Below, in pieces: positions 62,316-64,000 of a stretch of 64,000 nt of DNA (its first letter is position 1; each line of letters opens with the position of its first letter). Source of the stretch: Raillietiella orientalis (lineage: Eukaryota); assembly GCA_036172245.1 (NCBI GenBank), contig JAYWIR010000017.1:1488001-1552000 (forward strand), written 5' to 3'. Under the pieces are notes generated by a model that was given only the letters and a program-made list of their open reading frames with translations, did no database searches and was not told where the DNA came from. The translations under genes and the position numbers were made by a program.

Positions 62316-64000
62316 TGCTTGAAATTACATGAGAAGCACGCCTACCAACATTTTTAAAATGTAACTTTAAAAGAAAAATCAAATATAAACTAAAAAAAAA
62401 TATTATCCAATGTCATGCTCTATGAACCATTAATCTCAGATCTAGACGAGAAAATCCGAAAATTCAAAATTTCAAAGTAATCATTGCCACTGAGTCCTAC
62501 TTATGATTTTATTGCTGAAAAGAGTCTCTCAGTACATGAAATTCATTTCTAGTTAATAAAGAGCATGTAAAAATTTAGAATGAAAATGGCTGTATCCTTG
62601 AAATTATATTTCGATTTACTTAAAATTTGAATTATTTCAAGTTCCGAAATCATGAACGAGGGTTCCATTTTGAGAGTTTATGCATTTGGAAATTTCTAAA
62701 CTCTAAATAACTAAAGTGGCATTGAATTTTAGAAAATTCTTGAGTCTAAAATATACAGTTTAATGTTACTCAGAAGTTCTTCGCAGTTCTTAATTAGGAA
62801 AATTCTTTAAACAATCACTGAAATTTGCAATTTCTTGGCTTATTCTTGAGTTTCAAGGTTACAGGTGGAAGTTTCTGATGGTTTCTTGGTATTTAAGGCT
62901 CGTATTACGTCTGCCATTAATTATAATGAATTAGTAGAAGCAAAGTTTTCTCCCAGCTACCTGTGCATTGATATCACTAAAATTTCTTGATATTGACATC
63001 GGATAATGTAGTTCACCGTTTCTCTCTTTGGAATTACTGTATAAAAACTTTTGCGATTATTGTGCCAATTATCACAAAAGAATGATTACATTATAATGTT
63101 ATTATTTAATTTAGATTTAGATAAGTAACATTATATCGTAGTTTAGAAAAATGTTAATGTTAAAAATAATTTTTACAGCAGCATTTTTCCTTAAAAAAAA
63201 TGTTCCATAATGATAATAATAGAAGGATTTTCTTTATGTCGGTTGGTTCCTTTATAGACATTTGAGATTCAGAGTCTGCATAGTCCCGAAAGTATTTTTT
63301 AATAACACAAGCATACTTATAGTACCTAATGGTTTTTGACTTTGATGGGCCCTTTTGCTTTATATCAGCTGCTATTATCAAATCGAAGTCTGTTATAATT
63401 TTGTGTAAAAAAATGAATTAAACAAGATAAAAGAATGTTAACTACATAAATTTGATATGTTTCATTCTCTACTCTCTGGTGTGATGTGTTTAACATCTTT
63501 TTAATACATTTTTGTTTATGACAGGGAATCCTTCATTGAGGCTAAAAATTGCCATAGACTTTACAAAAATGATGAACACAGTAGGGAGAAGATAGAGTAA
63601 AAGACATAAAAGACCGAAGGAAGCGATGTTACGATTGTAGGTCTAATCATAAATCCGATATTTCTAACGCTGAAAATCCTAGGAAAGAAAAAAATGAGGT
63701 TGCATTTGAAGAGAGAAGTGGACAAGTCTCGAAAGTTTTTTCATCAAAAAACATGACTGATTTTGAAAGTGTGAATTCATACTCGTTTGTATCTTGAGAA
63801 TTCGAAGTTCTTTCATATCTGCAGTGCTTTTCAACATATTTTCTGACTGGCCAGGCATAGTCACTAACGTGAAGATCATTTTGTAGAAATAGACCCATAT
63901 GCTGCTGCGGAATTATATGAAAAATCCAGTCCTTTTCCTGAGCTTGGATCTTACTGAGCATTCTACTTCTTTCAGAAGGAAAAGTAGTTCAAGACATGGC

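Noticed and set aside
1..64000. CRISPR arrays, rRNA, tRNA, transposase or reverse-transcriptase genes
   Set aside because: No regularly spaced short repeats, conserved rRNA/tRNA motifs or catalytic motifs of mobile-element proteins were recognised.

Overview
Eukaryotic (animal, short-intron) genomic DNA in two sharply different halves. Positions 1 to about 41.3 kb carry no intact gene. By manual translation across frameshifts they resolve into a tandem array of about 78 heavily decayed core-histone relics (about 19-20 units), all co-oriented in the order H2B-H2A-H3-H4, with a period of about 1.7-2.5 kb and only about 60-110 bp between genes where this can be estimated. The array reads on + from 1 to 7.44 kb, on - from 15.26 down to 7.47 kb (apparently an internal inversion), and on + again from 15.44 to 41.3 kb. 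Units are mutually very divergent and lengthened by homopolymer/microsatellite insertions. The array contains several perfect or near-perfect hairpins, two CpG/GC islands (about 11.7-17.2 kb and 24-28.8 kb) and two recently copied segments. From about 41.5 kb the DNA is AT-rich and carries spliced genes on the - strand: an ERI1/3'hExo-like SAP+DEDDh exonuclease, a POT1-like telomere OB-fold protein with an extra N-terminal region, and exons of an unidentified membrane protein. All protein alignments were made by eye against canonical histone, ERI1 and POT1 sequences from memory; relic boundaries are approximate (tens of bp).
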